Source: Octopus vulgaris
Lineage: Eukaryota
Direction: 5' to 3'
Length of the DNA stretch: 64,000 nucleotides
Assembly (NCBI GenBank): GCA_951406725.2
Contig: OX597818.1
Span: 101,432,001 to 101,496,000 of the forward strand
A model generated the notes under the pieces. That model was not told the origin of the DNA. It saw nothing but the letters and a program-made list of their open reading frames with translations, and searched no databases. The translations under genes and the position numbers were made by a program. How positions within the stretch are numbered: position 1 is the first letter of the stretch; each line of letters opens with the position of its first letter. Below are positions 1 to 13,678 of the stretch, piece after piece.

Positions 1-2001
1 ACATCAACTGCATGAAAGATATAAATTCATACAAATTTTAACGTTCATTTTCTATCCTAATCTGCGTGATATTCAGCATACAACAGTGCAAAAATACCTT
101 AAATATATTTTGACAATACAAATGGATAATTGATTAAAAGCTACCGACGTAAAAACAAATAGAGTGGTAACAATCTCTCGTCAGGCAAGTACTTCAGCCC
201 TTTACGTCTTCCAAACTAGTGGGAAAGATCTGCAACTAAATCATGATTCCTGAGTGCGCTACTACTGATATACTCTAGTTTGAAATCGGATATTCGTTCA
301 TCCCCTGTGCAGTATTTTTCAATCCATCTGGCCTGGCATATTGAGCAATCATGGTTCCCACTTTGCCAGAATAGACAGATATAGGAACCTGCTCTTTACA
401 AGTAAACCTTAGCTAGGACAACACACATACATGCATACAAATATACGCACACACATAATAGCTACAAGTGTTAAATATAACTGATCCTCATCTAAAAGAC
501 AACACACTTTTATGCGCTTAGGAAAATTACAACCGTATGCTTAATGTTGTATGGTTTCCACTAGTATTCCTTTCAATGTAAAAATAAATGAATATTATTT
601 TTTGAACTTTGTTAATGTATAGCTTACATGTAATTAAACACAACACACCTTGCAATCTTCAATAATTATACTGCTTCTTTATGAAAAGGAATCGTTAACT
701 CTAAAACTCGCATCACTAATGTATATCTGTAATATCGCTTAAATTTTTTAGCCTAGCATTTATGTGCAGTAAGTATGTTGATTCTTACTTTAATATAACT
801 TCGATTGAGAAATTACAAATTTTTTCTGAGAATAAGTAATCTGTGAAATTTAACATTTACAAACCTATTAAAATTAAACGATGATATGTTCAAGCATATC
901 TACATAATCTACATATGTCCAACAAATACCTTTGCGTTTTAAAGAAAGAGCTGGGAGAACAAATCTGATGTGACTCTAATCTAGGTGTTTGCATGTATGT
1001 ATATAAAATGAAAATGCAACCTACCTCATGAAGAAGAATTCCCAAGCGTGTTCCCTGCTTTTAAAGTGTACGAAATGATCATCTACACCCGGAAGCCTGT
1101 GATATAATTAGTATGAGTAGAAATTATGTTAGCTTCGTAGAATTATTAGATATTGTATATATTACCAATTTGATATCAAGAAAAATAAAATAATAATAAA
1201 TGTCAGAGCGAGTTATAAACAGTAGCTACAACACATTGTGACGTACATCTGTCATTTAAATATGGCTAACACCTAAGATTGGATGCTAATGTAGTTTGTA
1301 GCCCCAGGAGGACACCTCCTACAGCTGGCCATAGAGACAATTTCTGTGCCCTATCAGTGTTTGCAAAGGGAAGCCATCCTTCCCGTCTTAAACTTATGAT
1401 ACACACGGACTTGTGTGGATTTTGTAACCGATAATCCAATTTCCGACATTTTAGGAGTAATCATGTTCAATATATCTATACAACTATCAATATTAAATCT
1501 CCAACTTCATATTCAGAGTTATTTTACCTTATCTACGCTTGTGAATATTGAAATTTTTTTTAAATCACAAATATCTTCCCGCATATTGATATCTTGAAGT
1601 TATTTCGTTACCATGATTTTTCGCCAAAACACGCTGACCGTATTTTAAATGGTTTGAAAATGATGCAAAATATAGAAAAAAAGAATAGGAATAGTACATA
1701 TAACCTACATTAACAGGTTATTTTCATGGAAGGATAAATTCTGTAGCACTTTCAAAATGGAGTGGGTATCATAAAACTAAAAACGTTATTTGGAGGCTTT
1801 ATATCAAAAAAGGCATTTCAAATGAAAGAGCTCGGAAAAAATTCATATTGTTTTTATATCCTTTTAATGGTTTCGGCAATAGGGCTGAGGCCATGCTGGA
1901 GCACCAGCCTAATTTTCTATCAGTATTTAACGCCTTATGCTTGGAGGTTATGATTGAGTTGAACATCTCTCTGTGTATCCATGGACGATGGGCTGCCCCG
2001 G
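1..2001. repeat. Segmental/tandem duplication copy 1 (near-identical to 62000-64000)
   Basis: Position 1 acatcaactgcatgaaagat recurs at 62000 and the alignment runs to the window end with only scattered substitutions. Offset is about 61,999 bp. Confidence 0.97.
1025..1096 (-). CDS. Gene A 72-nt exon (LPGVDDHFVHFKSREHAWEFFFM)
   Basis: Acceptor tatatcacag| and donor AG|gtaggt, phase 2-2. Frame and splice sites are conserved in the paralogue at 63024-63095. Confidence 0.7.
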
Positions 2002-3051
2002 TAATGTCGTTAGGCCTTTATTCAATACGTGCTTTTTATTTTAAGATTTCCATTAGGGATTCGTTCTATATTTACATTTCTGATTTGTAGGTTTTGCCTA
2101 CTTTGAAAACTCGAGGAAGGTATAAATGCTAACATTGAAAGCGATTTATTTAAATTACAGAAATAGTTTGAGACAACTGAAAAAAGTCTATTTCACACCG
2201 AAATATTTCTTCAGATTTCATTTTTTTAAATATATCGGATTTCTATGATTCCGCAAAACATTGTGCGCAAATATTATTTTTTTCTGTTCCCCAAATTTTA
2301 TTTAACGATTATTATAACAAAATCTTGCACTATATCCTATATGTCAGGTAAGGCCTTATCTGAGGACTGTAAGCTTTGATGTCTCTCTAAACACTAAACT
2401 TTACCCATGATTGATAACCTACTCTTAAATCCTAACGCTAATCGATTATTTCGTTGTGGGTTGATTAGCTATCTGCTACGTTTCAAGTATATACTTTTGG
2501 AAAAAGCAGGAATATCAATAAGTACCACACGGTCCGTACTTTGAGACGAATTAAATAAAAATTACATTTCCCTACTACCAGTCGTGCAATTTTTTTTACC
2601 ATACTTACTTTCATTGCCCCTTCTTTCCTCCGTCCGGCATATATGTTCTGATTCTCTTCACTCCAAATATTACGGTCTTTCCACTCCCTCTCGCCGCCTT
2701 ATGTTGCTTCTCGCCCTTCGTCTAGATCTCCATTCCACGCTTGCCCGCTTTCATGCTGCTTTTCCTTAATGATTCGTTTTTCTCTTCCTCAAATTGCTTC
2801 AAAATTTAAATCAGTTGCTCTACTATGTGAGCTGGTTTTGCTATTTATTTTCTCTTCAAGACGGATATCGTTCTCATGGCAATATATCTTTGCAACTATT
2901 AAGTAGGATCATATGCATGACGTTTTGCACATTCAGTCTGATAATTGGGAATATAACGATAGTTAACTAATTTTAAGTTTCTAAGAAATAGCTATTTATT
3001 AAAAACATAATGCGTCCTCAACTTCATATTTTAAACTAATATATGTATATA

Positions 3052-3135
<84 letters not shown>

Positions 3136-3596
3136 CATCAATAAAAAACTGTTTCAATTTGAAAAATACAGAATACGTCATAATATGCACATATACCCAA
3201 CTTTTATCTTTTTGCATATTTCACCTCACGATTACATCACTGTACATAAATCCCTTCACTAAACAAGGTTTTCGAAACTTGTCTATGTCTGTGCACATAT
3301 ATATTCTCCGCATTACCGAAAGCTGAACAGTTATCACTCTTACCAACAAAAATAGCAATAATAGCGATAACGAATTACATCCATGTATTCATCTACTTTT
3401 GAATTTCATCACACACAACATGAACAAAATTTCTTCTTAAGAAAAAATACATATTCAAATAAGTAAAATATATGTTCATGAATAGCGATAGCGAATCCGG
3501 TCGATAGATTAAAAATTATATTAAAACTATGCAATTGTGCGTATTTTCCTTATTTAATTTCTTATATATATATATATATATATGCATGGATATACA

Positions 3597-3682
<86 letters not shown>

Positions 3683-3930
3683 CATACGTACATATATACC
3701 ATATATATGCAAAGATACGTACATATATATGTATATGTATATATATATATATCTAATTATGCATATATATACACACACACATATATATATATATATATAT
3801 CTATATTGTATAGAGGGCATTAATACACTTAAATGCCTCACACTAAGAGGGACAAAGTCATTACTACCAAAATTACACTAATCATACCTAAATGGAGTTC
3901 TTCAAAGCAAGACATTTAAAAAATGAATTT

Positions 3931-3988
3931 AGTTCTGTATCACCGTGATTTCACATTTAACTTACGTCTTATGATCCTCAGCAAAACT
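3931..3988 (-). ncRNA. Hammerhead motif, inverted copy of 4179-4236
   Basis: Exact reverse complement, lying in the inverted arm. Confidence 0.62.
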
Positions 3989-4178
3989 GATAAGAAGTTA
4001 TCCTTAATTGTTAATTTTATTCCGAAATACTTTTGCTACCCGACATGCAGTTCGAAAAAGCCCGCCATTTACCGAATATATGATTTATAAACATTCCATG
4101 TGCTTGGCCGGAGTGAATAGATGTCTGTTCGTCTTCGCTAGGTAAGGTTGGTGGTTTATTTATGATGTGTTCAGAATC

Positions 4179-4236
4179 AGTTTTGCTGAGGATCATAAGA
4201 CGTAAGTTAAATGTGAAATCACGGTGATACAGAACT
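4179..4236 (+). ncRNA. Type I hammerhead ribozyme motif in Penelope-type terminal repeat
   Basis: Stem I agttttg/cagaact, core CTGAGGA, weak stem II cat..atg, GAAA, stem III Atcac-g-gtgaT, cleavage site UA. Confidence 0.65.
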
Positions 4237-4492
4237 AACTTCATTTTTTAAACGTCTTGCTTTGAAGAACTGCATTTAGGTATGATTAGTGTAATTTTGG
4301 TAGTAATGACTTTGTCCCTCTTAGTGTGAGGCATTTATGTGTATTAATGCCCTCTATACAATATAGATATAATTAATTTGTTCAAAAGAAAAAAATTATT
4401 TTCGAATTCTTTTTTTTTATGAGGTTTTCACGCTAACTACCTGATAATTTCTTGTTAAGATTCCTTATTAAGAAGTTATCCTTAATTGTTAA

Positions 4493-4523
<31 letters not shown>

Positions 4524-4605
4524 CATACATACGTACATATATACCATATATATGCATACATACGTACATATATATGTATATGAATATATATATATATCTA
4601 ATTAT

Positions 4606-4685
<80 letters not shown>

Positions 4686-5233
4686 GTGCGTGTGTGTGTA
4701 CGAGGGCTGAGTATTGAGTATCGGGAATGTTGCCATGGTAACAAACTGAAACGCGAAAAGTGAAGTCACTTGGCCAAACTCTGCCTGCGAATAAATTTCT
4801 TATATTCTTACCATTTTCCGCGTTGTGCAGCAGTGCTTCCATGGCAGGTGTGTAACATGCGATCGTCGCCTTGCTAATGACAGAGTATCTGCATCATATT
4901 TAGGCAAAAGCTTGGCGATATGTGCAAAAAAGTTTCATAGTTATCGATAGATTAAAGCAGATAATGTGATGATAATGATCTGAACTCAACCGTATATAAT
5001 CTGGATAACTCGCGTATTGTAATTTTGTGATTTCTCCTCAAAGCTGTACGAATGGCTGCGATGTTTTTATCAGTACGGTTGGTTGCGGTTCTTCGAAAAC
5101 GTTCCACATCATCGACATTTTACGGCCATCTTGGAAACAATCACACATTATATCAATTCGACTATCAAACGCCACACAACATACATCCAAGTAGTGCAGT
5201 AAACAGCGGAGGTAAGCTAGAACGTATACCTTA

Positions 5234-6724
5234 GTGCGGATGCACAGCAATATTCAGGGACAATATGTACCTATCGGCTTTATTCTACGTTCTTTTGCTT
5301 CATTACTTTTGCATCATTCCGGATACAAATTCATCAGCCATTATATATATGCCGCAAATATCCATCAGGTAAAGAAAATGATCGCACATGCACTAGGAGC
5401 TAGTATAAGAGTTACTCTAAAAGGCCACGCATTTAAATTTAATAATAAAATATATGCACAGGACGAGGGGGCAGCCATCGGTGTTAGTATCGCTGGTGAT
5501 GTGGCCAACTTTTTCATGATATGGTGGGACAGAAGGCTTAAAGAACGCCTACTGCAGAAATCCATACTCGTAAACATTTACTATCGCTATGTTGATGATA
5601 TCAACATAGTAGTAAAATCACCCCCACAAGAGAGTAATGTTGATATAATAATAGAAACTAATACTATGGAGAGCATCCAGCAAATAGCTAACTCCATCCA
5701 CCAGAGTATTAAGGTCACAATAGACTACCCCACTAAACACCCCAACCATAGACTACCAGTACTAGACACTGAACTCTGGCTAGACATTGTGAAAAGTAAA
5801 ACCCAAATCCTTCATTCATACTATGCAAAACCTATGGCCTCAAAATACCTGATCCACCGGAACTCAGCCATTGCGGGCAATGCCAAATTCAATATTTTGA
5901 TGGCTGACCTTGTCAGAATAATGAGAAATGTGTCACGAATGTGCGAGCCTACAGAATTAAAGAGACACATACAGTATTTCATTCACCACATGCAGTTCTC
6001 AGGGTACAGCCATAAAGAAAGGATCAGTGTATACAAAGGAGCCATGAAGAAATTTGATAATATATTACGTAATGATAGGAATGGGATTTGCCCACTCTAT
6101 AGGAACAAGTCATGGAACGCTATAGAAAGGACAAAAAAGAAAATAGGGAATGCCAACTCTTGGTATGATAGCCATAAATACCAGAGTGTCATGTTCGTTG
6201 ACACCACCCCTGGAGGTGAACTGGCGTACCGCTTTAGAAGGACCCTAGATAAACTTAAACTAAGAATTAAGGTTGTTGAAAAGCCAGGCAACCCTATCAA
6301 ATCTATAATCGGTAGAACCTATCCTTTTAGTAGAACCCTCTGTACAGGTAATTATTGCACTGTATGTAGATTTAGCCCACCAACAAACTGTAAAGCCAGA
6401 AATGTAGTCTATAGTATAAGATGTATAGAGGGACGATGCAGTAACAAGACAGTAATATACGTAGGGGAAACAGCAAGAAGCATAGGAGAGCGGGAGAATG
6501 AACATTGGAGACAACTCAAGGAAGGTAAAAGCTCATCGATTCTGTACCAACACGCCGAACAGGAACATGGGGGATCAATCAATAACATAGAGATTAAGAT
6601 ATTGTCGACACATAGAACAGATGCAACAATTAGACAAATTACAGAAGCTACACATATAATAGAAAATAAACCTAGCCTGAATAGAAAACTAGAATGGAGC
6701 AATAGCACACACCACAACATATGA
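5234..6724 (+). CDS. Penelope-like element RT + GIY-YIG endonuclease, 5'-truncated (element-derived sequence starts about 5353)
   Basis: RT motifs [20 protein letters not shown]; C-terminal VVYSIRC..C...[12 protein letters not shown] and E...I......LN. The first ~40 aa are read-through from the mariner-derived repeat. Confidence 0.93.
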   Translation: MRMHSNIQGQYVPIGFILRSFASLLLHHSGYKFISHYIYAANIHQVKKMIAHALGASIRVTLKGHAFKFNNKIYAQDEGAAIGVSIAGDVANFFMIWWDRRLKERLLQKSILVNIYYRYVDDINIVVKSPPQESNVDIIIETNTMESIQQIANSIHQSIKVTIDYPTKHPNHRLPVLDTELWLDIVKSKTQILHSYYAKPMASKYLIHRNSAIAGNAKFNILMADLVRIMRNVSRMCEPTELKRHIQYFIHHMQFSGYSHKERISVYKGAMKKFDNILRNDRNGICPLYRNKSWNAIERTKKKIGNANSWYDSHKYQSVMFVDTTPGGELAYRFRRTLDKLKLRIKVVEKPGNPIKSIIGRTYPFSRTLCTGNYCTVCRFSPPTNCKARNVVYSIRCIEGRCSNKTVIYVGETARSIGERENEHWRQLKEGKSSSILYQHAEQEHGGSINNIEIKILSTHRTDATIRQITEATHIIENKPSLNRKLEWSNSTHHNI

Positions 6725-6847
6725 CGATAGAGGATTCCGAAAACATAATAAATACACAGATAAATAAACAAATAGAAATGAATAGCTATATATATGTATA
6801 TATATCTATGTATGTATATGTATGTATATATATATATATATATATAT

Positions 6848-6897
<50 letters not shown>

Positions 6898-7485
6898 GTG
6901 TATGTATGTGTGTATATGTATATATATATTTTTTTTTTTCGATTAGATTTATTATTACTATTACTAATATTGTTGTTATACATACATACAATCATATGTA
7001 ATGATAATAATGGGTGGATGTAAACACGTGAACAAAATTAGAACAAAAGCAACAACAACAAAATCAAAATACAAATTACATGAATGTATATAAACAGAAG
7101 ATACAAATATTACAGGCATCCCCCACACACACACACTAAATTAGCATAGACGCACATAGATATATAAGCATGCGCAAATGAAGACACACAATATATATAT
7201 GAAGACACACAAAATGGCCGACGGTTAGTAAGGAGAGACACAAATAAGTGAGAAGAAACGAAGGACCACTGATGCGGTCACAGGAGTGTGACGAAAGAAC
7301 TCTGGCCGAAATAAGATTATGATTAATGTAAAAATTAAATATCAAATAACACCAAAAATAACACCAAATATATAGTGCGTGTGTTTTTATTGGCTAAACT
7401 GGCAATATGACCATTCCGAAATATAACAATATCTGTTTCAACAAACGACTTCACATAAAAAATCTGGCACAACAAATATATAAAC

Positions 7486-7538
<53 letters not shown>

Positions 7539-7560
7539 CATGTATGTGTGTGTGTGTGTT

Positions 7561-8300
7561 TACGAGGGCTGATTATTGAGTATCTGGGCTGTTGCCATGG
7601 TAACAAACTGTAACGCGAAAAGTAAAGTCACTTGGCCAAACTCTACAGCACTTGCGCATAAAACTTTAGTATTCTAGCCAATTTCCGCGTTGTGCAGCAG
7701 TGCTTCCATGGCATGTGTGTAACTTGCGATCGCCGCCTTGTAAATGACAGAGTATGTTGAGCAAACAATCTGCATCAAAGCTTGGCGATATTTGCAAAAA
7801 ATATTCATAGTTATCGATAGATTAAAGCAGATAATGTGATGATAATAATCTGAACTCAACCGTATATAACGTGCATAACTCGCGTATTGTGATTTTGTGA
7901 TTTCCCCTCAAAGCTGTACGCATGGCTGCGATATTTTTGTCAGTACTGTTGGTTGCGGTTCCCAGCATATCGACATTTTTCGGCCATCTTTGAAACAATC
8001 ACACATTATATCAATTCGACTATCAAACGCCACACACCTTACATCCAAGTAGTGCTGTAAACAGCGAGAGTAAGCTACAGTTTAAACCTTAGTGCGCATA
8101 CACAGCAGTATTCGGGTTCAATATGTTCCTATGAGCTTTATTCTAACTTCTTTTGCTTCATTACTTTTGCAACATTCCGGATACAAATTCATCAGCCATC
8201 ATATATATGCCGTCGAATGGAGAGAACTTGAAATACTCAGAATAGAAAACATGAATGAGTGGTGCAATCATTTCGAATTTAGTTTTATTGAGGTCTAGAC
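7561..8300 (-). mobile_element. Second degenerate mariner remnant, repeated in every array unit
   Basis: TACGAGGG terminus; minus-strand remnant resembling mariner HTH2 (HKITIRE). Confidence 0.65.
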
Positions 8301-8431
8301 TTACAGGATCGAGAGCAGCGATAAGAGATAATCCAGATGAGCTGATATGGAGATACTGACACAGATAAGCATGCTTAGTCTTTATATAAATACATACAAT
8401 AACACACATACACAATGACGCACTCGCACGC

Positions 8432-8495
<64 letters not shown>

Positions 8496-8831
8496 GAGTG
8501 TGTGTATGTGTGCATGCGTGTGTCTCCGTATGAGTGTGTGTCCATGCTTGTGTATATATATATCGAGAGGATCTCTTAATTTTTAGAAGGGATCGAAACC
8601 TGAATATATGTCGTACATCACTGCGGATATTCATATTCTTTTACGTTAGAAACAAATGGGTAATGTGTTGCATCCTTCAGTATTTGGAACTGCAAATACT
8701 GTATATGTTAAAAACAAAATAATGTCCAACGTTTTGCTGAACAAATTTCAAACGTGGAACCAACGATTCACGGGTACATAGATGTTGCAAAGGGAATATG
8801 ACAATATCCATTGTAAATGAGGTGTACATAC

Positions 8832-8933
8832 CGAAGATTTGGCGTAGTCCTTATGGTACTTGTTACCTCATCTTGCAGAATTGTTTTGGTGTCATTTTGA
8901 ATCTCCTCCGCTGTAGTGGAATTCAGTGCATTA
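8832..8933 (-). CDS. Gene A 102-nt exon copy 4 (NALNSTTAEEIQNDTKTILQDEVTSTIRTTPNLR)
   Basis: Acceptor cctttttttctttaatgccag| and donor CG|gtatgt. Phase 2-2; the other two frames contain stops. Confidence 0.7.
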
Positions 8934-9845
8934 CTGGCATTAAAGAAAAAAAGGTCGTACATTTTATCCATTATTGCTACAGACACCAGCAGCATAATGA
9001 AACAATAATTGCTTTAAACAAAGTATAGGTGGTAGATTGTAATTAGCATTGACAATGATTAGTCACGTACAAAATATAAAACTTAAGTATTTAGAGAAGC
9101 AAATATCAAAACCCCACTTTAAAAATTCGTTCAATTTCTATGGATATCGGAAAAATCCATTCATAATTTTCCTTACAAGTGGTGCTATCAACGCGTTATG
9201 TACCTAGGTTTTAACATCATATACTTCGAGTCACCTTGCGCAGACACACACTGAACCCAGCGTCTCTGCCACTTTTGGAATTCGACCTTGAATACGTCGT
9301 CCGTACGTGTCGAGGACCTTCTGCTATTAACTGTGAATCTCGACAACGGTTTTGAAACGGTGATCTTTGTTCTACTTTTCATCGATGTGAATTGATGGAA
9401 GCTCGAAGGAGATAAATCTTACAAATGGCATTGTTGAAACAGCGATAACATTTTAGTTTTGACCAGAAACTCACGAGACAGATGTGGTGAAAAATACAAT
9501 TCTTTGCACTCCAAAACACGGTCGATTTCGCCGAATGTCCTATTTCAAAACATCGCAATCGAACCCTCTATTAACAGTTTGGTTCAAAGTATCCGTTATC
9601 ACCCTTACCAACAAAAATAAAAATAATAGCGATAACCAATTACATCACTGTACTTCTCTACTTGTGAAGACATTCACTCGTGAATTTCACCAAACACAAC
9701 ATGGACAAAATTTCTTCTGAAGAAAAAATACATATTCAAATAAGTAAAACAAAATATCTTGAATAGCGATAGCGAAACTTGTCGATATGATAAAAAATAT
9801 AATAAAACTATGTAATTGTGCGTATTTTCCTTTTTTTAATTTCTT

Positions 9846-9896
<51 letters not shown>

Positions 9897-9941
9897 CTAG
9901 TATATATATTTATATATATATGTATCTATATACATATATCG

Positions 9942-9973
<32 letters not shown>

Positions 9974-10339
9974 AATTTCAACAATTGAGGGTAAAATTAA
10001 TTAATTATTAATCAATTTCACCAAGTGTTCAGTATGCAAAGGGACCATTTAAGGCGAATTCAAATTATTACATTATATAAAAGGGCTTAGTAAAATAAAT
10101 TACTTCGCCGCATACTGAACTCATTAGAAATAGCAGCTAAAAAACTTTTTTAAAGCTATTTCTAATACTTAAAGAAAATCTCTCTCATATATAGCGTTTG
10201 CTTAATTTAACACACAAAAGGGGAGAACAGAAATGATTCACTTGCTTATTTGGGTTTGCTGGCACTGTTAGTTAAGAGCGGATCTTCGAAAGGGTATGTT
10301 CTTACTTTCAGTGTTTCCAAATCCAAACCAAGGAATTTA

Positions 10340-10392
10340 TGAGCTGAAGAGAGAAATGTTTGTTTTGACTAATCTTGAAACGTACGTACTCA
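10340..10392 (+). ncRNA. Type I minimal hammerhead ribozyme motif
   Basis: tgag CTGAAGA gaga...tctt GAAA cgtacg TA ctca, with palindromic stem III ACGTACGT. Confidence 0.7.
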
Positions 10393-10885
10393 AATAACCT
10401 TAGCATTTGATTTTTTAATGTCCTTACCCCCAAACTTTTGTGTGTTAAATTAAGCAAACGCTATATATGAGAGAGATTTTCTTTAAGTATTAGAAATAGC
10501 TTTAAAAAAGTTTTTTAGCTGCTATTTCTAATGAGTTCAGTATGCGGCGAAGTAATTTATTTTACTAAGCCCTTTTATATAATGTAATAATTTGAATTCG
10601 CCTTAAATGGTCCCTTTGCATACTGAACACTTGGTGAAATTGATTAATAATTAATTAATTTTACCCTCAATTGTTGAAATTATAATTAATCTCCCTCTAA
10701 TTATTACTTCGGATTTTACCGAAATAAGCATAGCGTTTGATGATTTTGACCCACGCTGGTGGAAAGGGGAGAACAGAAATGATTCACTTGCTTATTTGGG
10801 TTTGCTGGCACTGTTAGTTAAGAGCGGATCTTCGAAAGGGTATGTTCTTACTTTCAGTGTTTCCAAATCCAAACCAAGGAATTTA

Positions 10886-10938
10886 TGAGCTGAAGAGAGA
10901 AATGTTTGTTTTGACTAATCTTGAAACGTACGTACTCA
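10886..10938 (+). ncRNA. Second tandem copy of the same hammerhead motif
   Basis: Identical to 10340-10392, 546 bp downstream. Confidence 0.7.
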
Positions 10939-11121
10939 AATAACCTTAGCATTTGATTTTTTAATGTCCTTACCCCCAAACTTTTGTGTGTTAAATTAAG
11001 CAAACGCTATATATGAGAGAGATTTTCTTTAAGTATTAGAAATAGCTTTAAAAAAGTTTTTTAGCTGCTATTTCTAATGAGTTCAGTATGCGGCGAAGTA
11101 ATTTATTTTACTAAGCCCTTT

Positions 11122-11163
<42 letters not shown>

Positions 11164-12478
11164 GCATATGCATATATACACAAACATACATATATATATA
11201 TATATATAAATGTACATATGTATGTGTGTTTACGAGGGCTGATTATTGAGTATCTGGGCTGTTGCCATTGTAACAAACTGTAACGCGAAAAGTGAAGCCA
11301 TTTGGCAAAACTCTACTGCGCCTGCGCATAAACTTTTAGTATTCTAGCCAATTTCCGCGTTGTGCAGCAGTGCTTCCATGGCATGTTTGTAACTTGCGAT
11401 CATCGATTTGTAAATGCCAGAGTATGTTCAGCAAACAATCTGCATCAAAGCTTGGCGATTTGTGCAAAAAATGTTCATAGTCATCGATAGATTAAAGCAG
11501 ATAATGTGATGATAATGAACTGAACTCAACCGTATATAATCTGGATAACTCACGTATTGTAATTTTGTGATTTCTCCTCAAACTGTACGAACGTCTGCGA
11601 TGTTTTTATCAGTACTGTTGGTTGCGGTTCTTCGAAATCGTTCCACAATATCAACATTTTACGGCCATTTTGGAAACAATCACACATTATATCAATTGGA
11701 CTATCAAACACCACACAACATACATCCAAGTAGTGCAGTAAACAGCGGAAGTAAGCTACAACGAAAACCTTAGTGCGGATGCACAGCATAATTCAGGGAC
11801 AATATGTACCTATCGGATTTATTCTACGTTATTTTGCTTCATTACTTTTGCATCATTCCGGATACAAATTCATCAGCCATCATATATATGCCGTCGAATG
11901 GAGAGAACTTGAAATACTCACAATAGAAAACATGAATGAGTGGTGCAATCATTTCGAATTTAACTTAATGGAGGTCTAGACTTACAAGATCGAGGGCAGC
12001 TATAAGAAATAATCCAGATGAGCTGATATGGAGATAGTGACGCAGACGAGCATGCTTAGTCTTTATATAAGTACATACAGCAACACACATACACAAATAC
12101 GCACTCACACGCATATATATATATATATATATATATACATTTGTGAGTGTGTGTATGTGTGCGTGCGTGTGTCTCCGTATGAGTGTGTGTCCATGCTCGT
12201 GTATATATATCGAGAGGATCTCTTAAGTTTTAGAAGTGATCGAAACCTGAAGTTATGTCGTATATCACTGCGGATATTCATTTTCTTTTACATTAGAAAC
12301 AAATGGGTAATGTGTTGCATCCTTCAGTATTTGGAATTGCAAATACTGTATATATTAAAAACAAAATAATGCCCAACGGTTTGCTAAACAAATTTCAAAC
12401 GTGGAAACAACGATTCACGGGTACATATATGTTGCAAAGGGAATATGACAATATCCATTGTAAATGAGGCGTACATAC

Positions 12479-12580
12479 CGAAGCTTTGGAGTTGTCCTTA
12501 TGGTATTTGTTACCTCATTTTGCAGAATTGATTTGGTGTCATTTTGAAGCTCCTCGGCTGTAGTTGAATTCAGTGCATTA
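12479..12580 (-). CDS. Gene A 102-nt exon copy 3 (same peptide as copy 2)
   Basis: Intact AG/GT sites, phase 2-2, open frame. Lies inside ORF 12415..12642. Confidence 0.65.
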
Positions 12581-13488
12581 CTGGCATTAAGGAAAAAAAG
12601 GTCATACATTTTATCCATCATTGCTACAGACACCAGCAACATAATGAAACAATAATTGCTTTAAACAAAGTATAGATGGTAGATTGTATTTAGCATTGAC
12701 AATGATTAGTCACGTACAAAATATAAAACTTAAGTATTTAGAGCAGCAAATATCAAAACCCCATCTTAAAAATTCGTTCAATTCCTATGGATATCGGAAA
12801 AATTCATACATAATTTTCCTTACAAGTGGTGCTATCAACGCGTTATGTACCTAGGTTTTAACATCATATACTTTGAGTCACCTTGCGCAGAAATACACTG
12901 ATCCCAGCGTTCCTGCCACATTTGGAATTCGACCTGGAATACGTCGTCCGTACGTGTCGAGGACCTTCTGCTATTAATTGTGAATCTCGACAACGGTTTT
13001 GAAACGATGATCTTTGTTCTACTTTTTATCGAAATTATTGGATGGAAGATCGAAGGAGATAAATCTTCCAAATGGCATTGGTGCAGCAGCGATAACATTT
13101 TGGTTTTGGCGAGAAACTAACAGGTCAGATGTGGTGAAAAATCCATTTCTTTGCACTCCAAAAACACAGTCGATTTTGCCGAATGTCCTATTTCAAAACA
13201 TCGCAATCGAACCCTCGATTAACAGTTTGGATCAAGGTATCCGTTATCACCCTTACCAACAAAAATAACAATAATAGCGATAACCAATTACATCCATATA
13301 TTTATCTACGTGATAAGACATTCACTCGTGAATTTCACCACAGACAACATGGACAAAATTTCTTCTGAAGAAAATATACATATTCAAATAAGTAAAACAT
13401 AATATCATGAATAGCGATAGCGAAACTTGTCGATATATGAAAAATTATAATAAATCTATGTAATTATGCGTGTTTTCATTTTTTAATT

Positions 13489-13538
<50 letters not shown>

Positions 13539-13554
13539 ATCTCTCTCTCTATAT

Positions 13555-13608
<54 letters not shown>

Positions 13609-13628
13609 GCATATGTATATATAGACAA

Positions 13629-13678
<50 letters not shown>

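Larger units (their letters stand above)
3800..4500. mobile_element. Penelope-type pLTR fragment with inverted arms, inserted in (TA)n
   Basis: About 3797-3990 is the reverse complement of about 4177-4370. The compound microsatellite flank 3680-3800 is duplicated at about 4520-4660. Confidence 0.7.
9972..11127. mobile_element. Penelope-type pLTR insertion (inverted plus tandem arrangement) in (TA)n
   Basis: 9972-10220 is inverted relative to 10437-10685, and about 10218-10582 is directly repeated at 10763-11127. Absent from the other array units. Carries hammerhead motifs. Confidence 0.75.

Noticed and set aside
273-410. Possible last exon of gene A (FTCKEQVPISVYSGKVGTMIAQYARP...)
   Set aside because: The paralogous copy near 62340 has an in-frame TAA, the acceptor is poor, and exon 60573-60711 is a better terminal exon.
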